Shown here one piece after another: positions 47,930-56,904 of a DNA stretch of 64,000 bases (its first letter is position 1; every line of letters starts with the position of its first letter). This DNA comes from a virus (Duplodnaviria > Caudoviricetes). The stretch is taken from positions 5,172 through 69,171 of IMG/VR virus record IMGVR_UViG_2932446441_000001. One strand, written 5' to 3'. A program made the translations under genes and the position numbers. The notes beneath the pieces were generated by a model. The model did not search any database. It saw only the letters and a list, made by a program, of their open reading frames with translations, and was not told the DNA's origin.

Positions 47930-48399
47930 GTGGTGTCCTCTCCTGCGCGCCATTCCGCGCGGTAGTCGGGATGGCTGGCGTACACGGAGGCGAGGACGCG
48001 AAGGGAGTGGCTGACACGTTCATCCCGCCCGCAGTCGCAAGGGCTGCCGTCCCCGTAGTCGGCGCCGCAGTAGACCTCGGTCGAACCGCCCGGCCGCAGC
48101 ACCGCATGCCCCTCGCCGAGGAGCTTCTCCAGCATTCGCCGCTTGGCTTCGACCTCGGCGAGGGCGCGGGCCGGGTCGTAGCGAATGATGTGGTCCCGCT
48201 CTCGCGGCCACGCGAACTTCACCCGAGGCTGGAGGTCCGTATCCCAGACCCCAGCGTCTTCTTTGGGGCTGGGAACCCAGCGCGGTACGGGCTTCCCGTC
48301 CTGGACGGCGGCCATGACGTTGACTCCAATCACCCGTCGAACCGCCTCGAAGTCCTCACTCAGCCGGTCGCGCAGGAACTGCACCAGATCGTCACTCAT
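47926..48399 (-). CDS. DUF6221-like phage protein
   Basis: LVQFLRDRL.ED, DPARALAEVEAKRR, LASVYASHPDYRAEW. Confidence 0.75.
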   Translation of the reverse strand: MSDDLVQFLRDRLSEDFEAVRRVIGVNVMAAVQDGKPVPRWVPSPKEDAGVWDTDLQPRVKFAWPRERDHIIRYDPARALAEVEAKRRMLEKLLGEGHAVLRPGGSTEVYCGADYGDGSPCDCGRDERVSHSLRVLASVYASHPDYRAEWRAGEDTT

Positions 48400-49421
48400 G
48401 CCGCTGCCCTCTCGCTCGCCGTTGCGGTGAGGGCAGATTCCCACTGCCGGTTGACCGCTTGCAGGATCGACCCCGAGGCTTCGGCCCGAGCCGCCATGCC
48501 GACCCGCTGCCGCAGGTCGGGATCATCGGCGAGCTGCTTGAGGATGCGCCCCCACTCGTGCTCCCGCCGGACGAGGAACCCGTTCTCCCCATGCCGGATC
48601 ACCCGCCGGTACGGCTCAATGTCGGAAGCGATCAGCGGGATCCCGAGCATCGACGACTCCAACCACTTCGTCGGGAACTTCGCCCGGTTGAACGGGATGT
48701 CCCGGTACGGGGCCACCCACACGTCGAACTCCTTCACCGCCGCCAGGTAGTGCCCGAAGTTCTCCACCCAGCCCAGCGCGCCCAGACGGTCCCCGCGCAG
48801 GCCGCTCGCCATCGCCGTGCGCGCATCGATTCCGACCAGCCGCACGAAGGTCTCGCCGGGCCGACGGTAGCCGGAGATCCGGTTCAGCGCCCGCACCACC
48901 CCCGGCACCTGCAGTTCGTGCACCGTGGACGACGTGCCGGCCCAGCCGACCGACAGCACCTCAGGGTCGTAGTCGCGGACCTCGCCCAGGTACTGGGCGG
49001 GCAGCCCGTTGCCGACGACCCGCACGTCGTCGTGGTGCTCGCGCAGCACGGCAGCTAGCGGCTCGGAGCAGCAGGTGACGGTGTGCGCCACCTGCATGTT
49101 GTCGATCAAACCCTGCCGCAGGGCGGGGTCGGTCCACAGTTGGTAGGCGGCTGTGTTGGACGGGTCGAGGTGGAAGTAGTCGTCGTCCAAGTCGAGCACG
49201 AGCCGGATACCGTGGTCGCGCATCTCCCGCCACGTCTTGGACGGCTGAGACTTGGCGACACGGCAGCCGACGACCACGTTCAGGCCCTGCTCCCGCCAAC
49301 TGCCGGGCAGGTACGGGCTGGCGCTCGTGTTGTGGCCGAGCCAGTTGAGGGCCATCGCGGGCAGCACCCCCCGGTACAGGCCGGAGCCCGCCTCGTCGGC
49401 CGTCCAAAAGTGGATCCGCAC
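48396..49421 (-). CDS. GT-B fold (GT4-like) glycosyltransferase
   Basis: DLDDDYF, VGWAG...H, FNRAKFPTKWLESSMLGIPLIASD..PY, I.HGENGFLV. Confidence 0.9.
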   Translation of the reverse strand: MRIHFWTADEAGSGLYRGVLPAMALNWLGHNTSASPYLPGSWREQGLNVVVGCRVAKSQPSKTWREMRDHGIRLVLDLDDDYFHLDPSNTAAYQLWTDPALRQGLIDNMQVAHTVTCCSEPLAAVLREHHDDVRVVGNGLPAQYLGEVRDYDPEVLSVGWAGTSSTVHELQVPGVVRALNRISGYRRPGETFVRLVGIDARTAMASGLRGDRLGALGWVENFGHYLAAVKEFDVWVAPYRDIPFNRAKFPTKWLESSMLGIPLIASDIEPYRRVIRHGENGFLVRREHEWGRILKQLADDPDLRQRVGMAARAEASGSILQAVNRQWESALTATASERAAA

Positions 49422-49422
49422 G

Positions 49423-49629
49423 TCAGGCCCCCGTGTGCTTTCCGCACCAGCTGCACCGGCGCCCGCGAAGTGCGGCGATGTACCTGTAGTCGTGCAGGCC
49501 GATGCGGTGACGTAGGCGCCTGGTGCTCGCGTACAGCCAGATCCATGCCTGGTAGCTGCGCGGTACGGCGTCGTTGTCGTCACCTGACCACGGGCACGGG
49601 ATGAGCAGAGCGGTGACTCGGTGCGGCAC
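49423..49629 (-). CDS. Small hypothetical protein
   Basis: GGAGAG RBS; IGLHDY...CSWCG. Confidence 0.5.
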   Translation of the reverse strand: MPHRVTALLIPCPWSGDDNDAVPRSYQAWIWLYASTRRLRHRIGLHDYRYIAALRGRRCSWCGKHTGA

Positions 49630-49646
49630 TGTGTCTCTCCGTCCCG

Positions 49647-51326
49647 TCAGGCTGCCAGATACCCAGGCAGCCAGTGCTCGGCGTAGTAGCGGACGGTGTG
49701 GTGGATGCCCTCGTCGAGGGGCACGAAGTCGTCGGCGGTCATACCGATCTGCTGGAGCGTGCTGGTGTCGGACGTGACGACCGCGTTGGGGACCTCACCG
49801 GGCCGCATGGGCAGATGCTTGATACCGACCGGCTGGAGCCCGGTGTAGCCGGTGGCCTCCTCGGCGACGAGGCGGGCGATGTCGTTGACCGTGCACGACT
49901 CGAGCGGGCCGACCTCAACCGGGCGCTCGGTGGGCCCGTGTTCGGCGGTGTGCTCGAGCGCAGCGACGAAAGCGCGGGCGACGTCGGCAACGTACACGCA
50001 GTCGCTGATCTGAGTGCCGTCTCCGTACACCTCGATGTCGGTGCCGGTGAGGGCTCGGCACACGAACGAGGGCGCGATTTTGCGGACCTTGCTGGAGTTG
50101 TGCGACGCAAACCCGTTGGCGATGTAGGTGTGCGACGTAGTCTCGATGTCCCACAAGTCTGTCTCGCCCAGCTCCTCGATGGCCACGATGGTTGCCCGCC
50201 CACCGTTCGGGGCCCTGTCTTCCCAGAGCTGTGAAGCCTTGGCGAGGAGTCGGACGGGGCGGAACTCACCCAGCAGCCGGAGTCGTGAGGACAATCCCGA
50301 GACCCACGCGTCCACGACGATCCGGCCGTTCTCCTTGGTCCGGGTCTGGGGGGCGAACTCGAACTCTTTGAGGAGGTGGAGGTACTCGTCGAGCACAGGC
50401 CCAGGGTTCTGTGTGAATACCGGCCCGTGACCGCCTACGTGCCCCTCGCCATCCAGAAGGCCAGCGATGTAGCCGTGGGAACGGCTGTCCCCGGTGCCCC
50501 AGGTCTGGTCCGTAACCCACACAACGCGGTCCCCTGTGCGGAGCTTTCGCGCCTCCATCCATTGGCGGATCTGCCCCGACGGTGAGGAAGCGAGCCAGGG
50601 GTGATCGAGCGAGCAGGTGACGGACCGGCCATCGTCGAAGTGGAGGCGGACCGCGTGCTTTCGCGTCGCCCATGAACCCGTCACGGTGGCCCGACGCAGC
50701 TTTCGCTGCTTCCTCGCAGGCGCGTACTCGTCGATGCCGATGATCTCGTCACCTTCCCGCAGGCTGGAGATCGGCCTCCAGGCGAGGTCGCTGCACAGTA
50801 CGGGTGTGCGCGGATCGACGCAGCCATACGGCGTCGCAATGGACTGTCCGGGCCCGTAGGCGTTGACGGGCCGGACGATCGTGATGCGCCCGCCATCGCG
50901 GTACAGGTTGTACATGCGGGCGAGGTCTTCGGCGGCCGACTTGGTGATCGTGTAGCAGCCTGTTCCCTGGAGCCTCATGGCGTGGTTGCCGACCCCGGCG
51001 TAGACGGTGGGGAGCCGGTACTGGGTGGCGGCTTCGAAGACGTTCAGGGAGCCGAGGATGTTCGTCTCGGCGGACGGCCGCGGGTTGCTGATGGTCTCCT
51101 GCGTGCCGAGGACGGCGGCGAGGTGGATGATGCCGTCGACGTGGGCGGCGGCTTCGGTGACGGCGGTGGCGTCGCGGACGTCGCCGAGGAAGAACTCCTC
51201 GCCGGCGGCCAGCTGCTGGCGGCGGTCCTGGTGGTCGAAGACGAGCACCTGGTGGCCGCGCGCGTTGAGTTCCTTCCTGATCCAGCCGCCGATGAATCCG
51301 GCGCCGCCGGTGACGAGGGTCTTCAT
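49647..51326 (-). CDS. NAD-dependent epimerase/dehydratase (extended SDR) containing an intein
   Basis: TGGAGFIG, IIHLAA, YTITK (YxxxK), RPVNAYGPGQ, VYGDGTQISDCVYVADVA. Confidence 0.92.
   Translation of the reverse strand: MKTLVTGGAGFIGGWIRKELNARGHQVLVFDHQDRRQQLAAGEEFFLGDVRDATAVTEAAAHVDGIIHLAAVLGTQETISNPRPSAETNILGSLNVFEAATQYRLPTVYAGVGNHAMRLQGTGCYTITKSAAEDLARMYNLYRDGGRITIVRPVNAYGPGQSIATPYGCVDPRTPVLCSDLAWRPISSLREGDEIIGIDEYAPARKQRKLRRATVTGSWATRKHAVRLHFDDGRSVTCSLDHPWLASSPSGQIRQWMEARKLRTGDRVVWVTDQTWGTGDSRSHGYIAGLLDGEGHVGGHGPVFTQNPGPVLDEYLHLLKEFEFAPQTRTKENGRIVVDAWVSGLSSRLRLLGEFRPVRLLAKASQLWEDRAPNGGRATIVAIEELGETDLWDIETTSHTYIANGFASHNSSKVRKIAPSFVCRALTGTDIEVYGDGTQISDCVYVADVARAFVAALEHTAEHGPTERPVEVGPLESCTVNDIARLVAEEATGYTGLQPVGIKHLPMRPGEVPNAVVTSDTSTLQQIGMTADDFVPLDEGIHHTVRYYAEHWLPGYLAA
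50097..50822 (-). mobile_element. Intein (242 aa) with a LAGLIDADG-type segment
   Basis: Starts C1 CVDPRTPVL...PISSLREGD; block B CSLDHPW; YIAGLLDGEG; ends WDIETTSHTYIANGFASHN followed by Ser+1. Confidence 0.93.
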
Positions 51327-51970
51327 GCCTGCTCCTTGCTGGTGGTGGTCTGAGGCCATGGGGTGGCGGCTGCTGCGGCGCGGGTGACGGCGTCCCAGAA
51401 CTCGCGGGCAGCCGCATCAGGCTGGTAGTTCGGCCCGATGGTGATGTGGCCGTCGGGGTGGATGCCGACGATGAGCGTGCCGTCGTCCTCCCGTAGGGAC
51501 AGCGCGAACTCGGGTTCAGCCTCGGCGGCAGAGGCGGGCTGGTGTGGCACCGCGCCTCGTGCGCTGTCGTTCCACACGGTGCGGCCAGATGGGCCGCTGC
51601 GTGCACTGGCATGCCAGTCGCCGTACTCGCCGCCCTTGTGCCCGGCGCGGAACGCGCACGTGTAGAGGCCGTCTTCGTTGTCGATGCGCGCTGTGCAGTC
51701 CGGCAGATCGGCGTGTGCGCTACTAATGTGCGCGTCAACCCGGTTGCGGGGCGGCGCTTCAACACAGTGCGGGCATTGCTCGCGGATGGCGTCGTCGGCC
51801 TCGTCTGTACGCGGAGCGTGGGGGCAGACCTTGCAGTGGTCGCACTGCTCGGCGCCATCAGGGCAGTCGCAGCGTGGGCAGCGGCGGGCGGCCGGGCACT
51901 GGATCGGCGTACCCCAGCCGTCGGTGTGCACCTCGCCGCCGCACTCCCGCCGCGTGCACGGGCCGCTCAC
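51323..51970 (-). CDS. Cys/His-rich hypothetical protein
   Basis: Multiple CxxC and C..H clusters; coupled to neighbours. Confidence 0.65.
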   Translation of the reverse strand: MSGPCTRRECGGEVHTDGWGTPIQCPAARRCPRCDCPDGAEQCDHCKVCPHAPRTDEADDAIREQCPHCVEAPPRNRVDAHISSAHADLPDCTARIDNEDGLYTCAFRAGHKGGEYGDWHASARSGPSGRTVWNDSARGAVPHQPASAAEAEPEFALSLREDDGTLIVGIHPDGHITIGPNYQPDAAAREFWDAVTRAAAAATPWPQTTTSKEQA

Positions 51971-52080
51971 CGCACGCTCCTGGCGGCGGGCATGTAGTCG
52001 ATACGCACCTCGACGGGCTGCAGCGACGACAGGACGACGAACGCGAACAGGAAGGAGAGCGCGGCGCAGATGACGGTCAC
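51967..52080 (-). CDS. Small membrane peptide
   Basis: VICAALSFLFAFVVLSSL; GTGA overlaps. Confidence 0.5.
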   Translation of the reverse strand: MTVICAALSFLFAFVVLSSLQPVEVRIDYMPAARSVR

Positions 52081-52289
52081 GACTCGCCTCCGTCCGCCTC
52101 GGTTTCGGAGCGCTGGCGGACAGCGGTCAGGATCTTGTCGGCCAGAGCGGGCACCCACTCCTGCGAGTCGGGATCGGCTTCGAGCGCATAGGAGACCTCG
52201 TCCATCCCGAAGTCGTCGTAGGGGAACTCGCGGATGACGGCGACGACGTGATCGCGCAGCGGGGAGTGGGTCGGCGTGGCCTCAGCCAT
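52077..52289 (-). CDS. Small acidic protein, first gene of the leftward operon
   Basis: AGGAG RBS before ATG. Confidence 0.65.
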   Translation of the reverse strand: MAEATPTHSPLRDHVVAVIREFPYDDFGMDEVSYALEADPDSQEWVPALADKILTAVRQRSETEADGGES

Positions 52290-52410
52290 GGGTTGCTCCT
52301 GGGTGCGGGTTCGTGTGCGGGTGGGGTGCGGGTTTTGGTGTGGCAGGGGAGCAGACCCGCACGGCCACACCCCTGCCACTGGTTCCTGAGCCAGAACCTC
52401 ACCCCACGAT

Positions 52411-52459
52411 ACCTGTGATTCGTAGGTTACTGGCGGGGTTCAAGCTACGATTCAAAGGT
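52411..52459. promoter_or_regulatory. Late-gene box, copies 3 and 4
   Basis: ACCTGTGATTCGTAGGT 52411-27 and AGCTACGATTCAAAGGT 52443-59, between the divergent glycosylation and lysis operons. Confidence 0.65.
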
Positions 52460-52482
52460 ATCGGCCGCACTGAGGAGACCAC

Positions 52483-53421
52483 ATGGCCGCACCGATGACA
52501 CCCGCCGACTTCCTGAACTGCCTCCGAGACGAAGGCCTCGACGTCGTCCAAGTCGGCAACTGGGAAACCCACAACCGCAACAGCAAAGGCCCGTGGGGAC
52601 CCGTCAACGGCGTGATGATCCACCACACCGTCACCCGCGGCGCAGCGGCCACCGTCGACATCTGCCGCAACGGCCACAGCACCCTGCCCGGGCCGCTGTG
52701 CCACGGCGTCATCACCAAGGACGGCAAGGTGCACCTCGTCGGCTACGGCAGAGCCAACCACGCCGGCCTCGGCGACCCCGACGTCCTCGCCGCCGTCATC
52801 GCCGAACGCACCCCGCCCGCCGACAATGAAGCCACCGTCGACGGCAACAGGCACTTCTACGGCTGGGAGTGCGAGAATATGGGCGACGGCAAGGACTCGT
52901 GGCCCGACGCGCAGATCGAGGCGATCGTCCGCGTCATCACCGCCCTCTGCCGCCACCACGAATGGTCCGCCCGCTCGGCGATACGGCACCTCGACTGGCA
53001 GCCCGGCAAAGTGGACCCCCGCGGACCCGGCATGGACTGGGAAGACATCCTCGACCGTGTCGCCCGGCGGCTCGCCGGTACGACGCCCTCCACGCCGAAG
53101 CCGCCGGCGCCCAAGCCGCTGCCGAAGCCGTCCCGGCCGGTCGTCGACCTGTCGAAGCTGGTCGCCGCCGCCAAGTCCAACCCGGCGCAGCGTGGGATGC
53201 CTGTCACCTACAGCGGCGTGCGCACTGTCGAGGCCGCCCTCGTCGACGCCGGGCTGCTGGCCAAGCGGTACAGCGACGGCCACTACGGCACCACCACCAT
53301 CGCCGCCTACGCCAAGTGGCAGCAGAAGCTTGGTTACCGCGGCAAGGCCGCCGACGGCATCCCCGGCAAGACCAGCCTCGAGCGCCTCGGCGACCGCTAC
53401 GGCTTCAAGGTCGTCGCATGA
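52483..53421 (+). CDS. Endolysin: N-acetylmuramoyl-L-alanine amidase plus peptidoglycan-binding domain
   Basis: VMIHHT, LPGPLCH, GRANHAG, GWECEN, H..W...KVDP; PK-rich linker; DGHYG..T, ADGIPG. Confidence 0.93.
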   Translation: MAAPMTPADFLNCLRDEGLDVVQVGNWETHNRNSKGPWGPVNGVMIHHTVTRGAAATVDICRNGHSTLPGPLCHGVITKDGKVHLVGYGRANHAGLGDPDVLAAVIAERTPPADNEATVDGNRHFYGWECENMGDGKDSWPDAQIEAIVRVITALCRHHEWSARSAIRHLDWQPGKVDPRGPGMDWEDILDRVARRLAGTTPSTPKPPAPKPLPKPSRPVVDLSKLVAAAKSNPAQRGMPVTYSGVRTVEAALVDAGLLAKRYSDGHYGTTTIAAYAKWQQKLGYRGKAADGIPGKTSLERLGDRYGFKVVA

Positions 53422-53615
53422 AGCTCACCCCGCAGCGCGTGGCCTGGATCCACTACATCCTCGCCGGAGCGTGGGCACTCCTCCTGATCCCCACCCTGCT
53501 GCTGTGGACGAACAGCGTCCTCTGGGTCGCCGCGATGAGCTTGTACGCCAACTTCGTCGGACACCTCTCCGCGGCCAAGGCGAGCCGCGCCGAACAGGAA
53601 GCAGAGAAGCAATGA
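53418..53615 (+). CDS. Small two-TM membrane protein
   Basis: Hydrophobic ORF coupled to the endolysin. Confidence 0.7.
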   Translation: MKLTPQRVAWIHYILAGAWALLLIPTLLLWTNSVLWVAAMSLYANFVGHLSAAKASRAEQEAEKQ

Positions 53616-53968
53616 AGATCTTCGGCAGAGAGCCGGTCGTCGTCCTCAACACCCTGTCCGCGGTACTCGGCCTCATCGTGAGCCTCGGCGTTACTGGCCT
53701 GACCGCCGAGCAGGCCGGCGCCACTGTCGCCGTCGTCTCGGCGGTCCTGGGCGGAATCGCCGCCGCCATGACCCGGCCCGTCGCCCCCCAGGCGTTCACC
53801 GCGATCGTCGCGGCCGGCGCGACCGCCGTGGCCGCATTCGGCTACGAGGTCAGCCAGGAGACTGTCGGCGCCATCAACACCGTGGTCCTGGCCCTGCTGA
53901 CGCTGGCGACCCGCGTGCAAGTCACACCGTCCAGCCCGTCCGCACCCACCGGCCCGATGGGCGTCTGA
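53612..53968 (+). CDS. Holin
   Basis: MKIFGREP, 4 TM segments, LTAEQ, R.QVTP. Confidence 0.8.
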   Translation: MKIFGREPVVVLNTLSAVLGLIVSLGVTGLTAEQAGATVAVVSAVLGGIAAAMTRPVAPQAFTAIVAAGATAVAAFGYEVSQETVGAINTVVLALLTLATRVQVTPSSPSAPTGPMGV

Positions 53969-53983
53969 ACGTAGGAGCCGCAC

Positions 53984-54331
53984 GTGGCCGACGAGCCGAC
54001 CCTCGGCGAGGTCGCCAGACGCCTTGAGGCCATCCACGCCGACCTCAAGGAAGACCTCCGCGAGTACGGCGCTCGGCTCGAGAAGAAGGTCAGCGTCGAA
54101 CGGTACGAGTTGGAACGCCGCACCGCCGATGATGTTCACCGGCAGGTCATAGAGCGGGTGGCGGCAATCGAGGTGGAGCGCGCACAGGAGAAGAAGGATG
54201 CCGAGCAGGAGCGGCGGAAAGCCGAGGATCAGCGGCGCGCCGACAAGCGGCTCATCCTGACCGGGCTGATCGTGCCGGTGCTGCTCGTCCTGCTGCAGGT
54301 GTACCTCTCGGCGAGGGGGGCGGGCGCGTGA
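53984..54331 (+). CDS. Coiled-coil protein with C-terminal TM (lysis cassette)
   Basis: EPTLGEV.RRL; C-terminal hydrophobic helix. Confidence 0.75.
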   Translation: MADEPTLGEVARRLEAIHADLKEDLREYGARLEKKVSVERYELERRTADDVHRQVIERVAAIEVERAQEKKDAEQERRKAEDQRRADKRLILTGLIVPVLLVLLQVYLSARGAGA

Positions 54332-55038
54332 GTGCTCACAGCTCACCGGCGAAGGCCCGCCGACGCGCCGACGTCAGATTTGTGCTCGCATCGATGTTTG
54401 CGCTCGCCGTGCTGGCTTGGGTTGTCATCACCATGCAGCAACTGGCGCACGACCTGCGCACCGCCAACGAAGCCCGGGACGCCCTGGCCAACCAGGTGGA
54501 ACGACTCGGAGAGAGCCCCGTGGCCGGGCCGCCAGGGTCCCGTGGCGAGCCCGGCGAGTCCGTGCGCGGACCACAAGGCGACCCGGGAGAGCCAGGTATG
54601 CCGGGTGACGCGGGAGCCTCCGGCGAACCAGGGCGGCCAGGCCCGTCCGGCTCCCCAGGCCAGCCAGGGGCAGCCGGCGAAGACGGCCAGCCGGGAGAGC
54701 CCGGCCCGTCGGGGAAGCCCGGAGCTGACGGAGCGGCGGGCGCAGATGGTGCCGACGGCGAGGCCGGACCTCCCGGACCGCAGGGAGAAGCCGGACCAGC
54801 CGGACCTGCCGGACCGCAAGGCGAGCGCGGCGAGAAAGGAGAGCCGGGCGGGCAAGGACCGCCAGGCCCAGCACCGGCGAGCTGGACGTTCACCTACCGG
54901 GGCGCCACCTACACCTGCACCCCGGACGGCGACGGCTCCACCCACTACACCTGCCGCCAGACCGGCGGAGACCAGGACCCCGACCTACCCGGCCCGCTCG
55001 CCGCCGGCCTCGACCCGACGCGCCGCCAATACCCGTAA
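54328..55038 (+). CDS. Membrane-anchored collagen-like protein
   Basis: N-terminal TM, long Gly-X-Y run, C-terminal WTFTY..YTC...YTC. Confidence 0.88.
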   Translation: MSAHSSPAKARRRADVRFVLASMFALAVLAWVVITMQQLAHDLRTANEARDALANQVERLGESPVAGPPGSRGEPGESVRGPQGDPGEPGMPGDAGASGEPGRPGPSGSPGQPGAAGEDGQPGEPGPSGKPGADGAAGADGADGEAGPPGPQGEAGPAGPAGPQGERGEKGEPGGQGPPGPAPASWTFTYRGATYTCTPDGDGSTHYTCRQTGGDQDPDLPGPLAAGLDPTRRQYP

Positions 55039-55047
55039 GGAAACCCT

Positions 55048-55431
55048 ATGGTTGGTGTCCTGCTGGCACATCTCGTCGGCGACTACATCCTGCAATCCGA
55101 CTGGATGGCGAACGAGAAGACGAAGCGCTGGTTCCCCGCCTGGGCGCATGCGGTGACCTATGGCCTGCCGTTCCTGCTCGTCACCCAGTCGCCCGTCGCG
55201 CTCGCAGTCATCGTCATCACCCACGCCGTGATCGACCACTACCGGCTTGCAAGGCACGTGGTGTGGGTGAAGAACTTCATGGCACCGCGCTCCTACTGGC
55301 ATCCGTGGTCGGAGTGCTCCGGGACCGGCTACCACAAGGATCGGCCGCCGTGGATGGCTGTCTGGCTGATGATCATCGCGGACAACACGATCCACCTCAT
55401 CATCAACGTCGCCGCCGTCCGCTACCTATAG
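55048..55431 (+). CDS. DUF3307-like membrane protein
   Basis: LAHLVGDYILQSDWMA..K, HAVTY, THAVIDH, DNTIH. Confidence 0.8.
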   Translation: MVGVLLAHLVGDYILQSDWMANEKTKRWFPAWAHAVTYGLPFLLVTQSPVALAVIVITHAVIDHYRLARHVVWVKNFMAPRSYWHPWSECSGTGYHKDRPPWMAVWLMIIADNTIHLIINVAAVRYL

Positions 55432-55440
55432 GAGCAGTCC

Positions 55441-55599
55441 ATGCCCGACCCGATTCCCCTCGCCCCGCGCCGGGACGACACGGCGGCGGACATGCGGAGC
55501 CTCGTGCAAATGGGGGAGGCCGAACCCCAGCCCATCCCCGCGCCGGCCATCAACCCGTTCCTCGAACCCGACTGGCCGGCCGACGACGAACCCGCGTGA
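55441..55599 (+). CDS. Small acidic Pro-rich protein
   Basis: AGGAG RBS; 52 aa. Confidence 0.55.
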   Translation: MPDPIPLAPRRDDTAADMRSLVQMGEAEPQPIPAPAINPFLEPDWPADDEPA

Positions 55600-55602
55600 C
55601 AA

Positions 55603-55630
55603 CGCCCCCACCGCTCTTGCGGTGGGGGCG
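55603..55630. terminator. Bidirectional hairpin terminator
   Basis: CGCCCCCACCGC-TCTT-GCGGTGGGGGCG between convergent genes. Confidence 0.8.
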
Positions 55631-55645
55631 CTCGCTGTGCGGACG

Positions 55646-56281
55646 TCAGCCGGTGATCTCACCTTCGAACTCGGGGAAGTCGAGGCTGAAGTCGTCGCTG
55701 TTTCGCTGCACAGTCACCACGATCTTCTTGCCGTACTTCGTCTCGAGGGCGTTGTCGTCGGTCTTCGTCGCGCTCACGCCGGGAGCAAGCCGACCCTCGA
55801 GCGGCTGGGAATCCGTGGCGAACCCGGTCGTGGCCGCCTCGCCGCCATTCGTCGCTCCCTCGATGAACACCGACAGGTCATCCAGCTTCACGGGCGCCTC
55901 GCCGCCGTTCGTAACCTTCACCTTGACCCGGAACTCCGTCTGCGCCGGATCGTCGGTGGCGTAGTCCTCGTCAGTGAACTGCGTCCACTCCTTGGCCTCC
56001 AGAACGGATACCTTAAGCCCGTCCGGCCATGTGTACGACTCGCCGAACTTCAGACCCGTCAGCTTGCCCTCTGTGCCGTCCCCACCGGTGCCGGCCTCAC
56101 CAGAGCAGTGCTTCATCCATTCGGCCTGGTCGAGAGTCTGGTCCGTGCAGTCGACCTTCTCGCTAGGCGTGGCCGTGGCTGGCGGCGTACTCGCCGCGGC
56201 CTTCTCGCTGCTGCCGCCACCGCATGCGGTGAGTGTCGCCAGGAGCAGGGCAGCCGTCGCTGCGGTAGCGCGAACGCGCAT
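55646..56281 (-). CDS. Lipoprotein with an Ig-like (DUF4352-like) domain
   Basis: Lipobox LTAC; LKFGESYTWPDGLKVSV, VKVTNGG, L.PG. Confidence 0.8.
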   Translation of the reverse strand: MRVRATAATAALLLATLTACGGGSSEKAAASTPPATATPSEKVDCTDQTLDQAEWMKHCSGEAGTGGDGTEGKLTGLKFGESYTWPDGLKVSVLEAKEWTQFTDEDYATDDPAQTEFRVKVKVTNGGEAPVKLDDLSVFIEGATNGGEAATTGFATDSQPLEGRLAPGVSATKTDDNALETKYGKKIVVTVQRNSDDFSLDFPEFEGEITG

Positions 56282-56416
56282 GAGTTCCCCCAAGGTTGAA
56301 CGTCGGAACACGGTAAAGCAGGTGTGGGGGAGATGTGTGCAGGAGTCACCGAGTCGTGACACGACCGCGCCCCGCCCTCCTTCTTCGGCATGGGAGCGGG
56401 GCGCTTCGTTGTGTCG

Positions 56417-56599
56417 TCACTTCTTCAGGAGACGGCCAAGCATCCAGGCACCGCCCGGTGCGATGACGAGGAAGGCGACGGATGCGGCGGCGAAGCGGGC
56501 CCAGCCGAGTTCGCCAGGGAGGACGATGGCCGCGAACACGCCGAGGGCGACGACGACCGGGACGAAGAAGCTGACGTTCGTGCGGGCCGAGCTGTCCAC
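56417..56599 (-). CDS. Small two-TM protein
   Basis: AAGGAG RBS; hydrophobic. Confidence 0.6.
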   Translation of the reverse strand: MDSSARTNVSFFVPVVVALGVFAAIVLPGELGWARFAAASVAFLVIAPGGAWMLGRLLKK

Positions 56600-56601
56600 G
56601 G

Positions 56602-56904
56602 CTACTCCTTCAGGCCGCTGTGGCCGTCCTTGGCTTGGTGGCGACGGACGCTGGCGGGCGCGCCCCGGTATCCGCAGACACACTCCTGCCAGCCTGCCTG
56701 CTCCACAGCCGCCCCGGTGACGGAGTGCTGGGGGCCGTAGCCGTGGGCGTGAAGGAAGTGGGGCACGCTGCCCTCGTACTTGAGGGCGATGAGCGCGGAC
56801 TCTGCGGTCTTGTCGTGGCCTTGGGCGAAGAACTTCCCGAGGCCGACTTCCTTTCCGCAGCCGCACCAGCAGTTGCCGGTGGGCAGGAGGCGGGGCTTGC
56901 TCAC
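56602..56904 (-). CDS. Zinc-binding hypothetical protein
   Basis: CWCGCG.....FAQGHD; CVCG...H...H. Confidence 0.75.
   Translation of the reverse strand: MSKPRLLPTGNCWCGCGKEVGLGKFFAQGHDKTAESALIALKYEGSVPHFLHAHGYGPQHSVTGAAVEQAGWQECVCGYRGAPASVRRHQAKDGHSGLKE

Noticed and set aside
46839-52289. T4-like hmC DNA glucosylation pathway
   Set aside because: No dCMP hydroxymethylase, TET/JBP oxidase or phage DNA polymerase recognised; kept only as a weaker alternative.
54526-54870. Tandem DNA repeat element
   Set aside because: Periodicity is explained by collagen Gly-X-Y coding.
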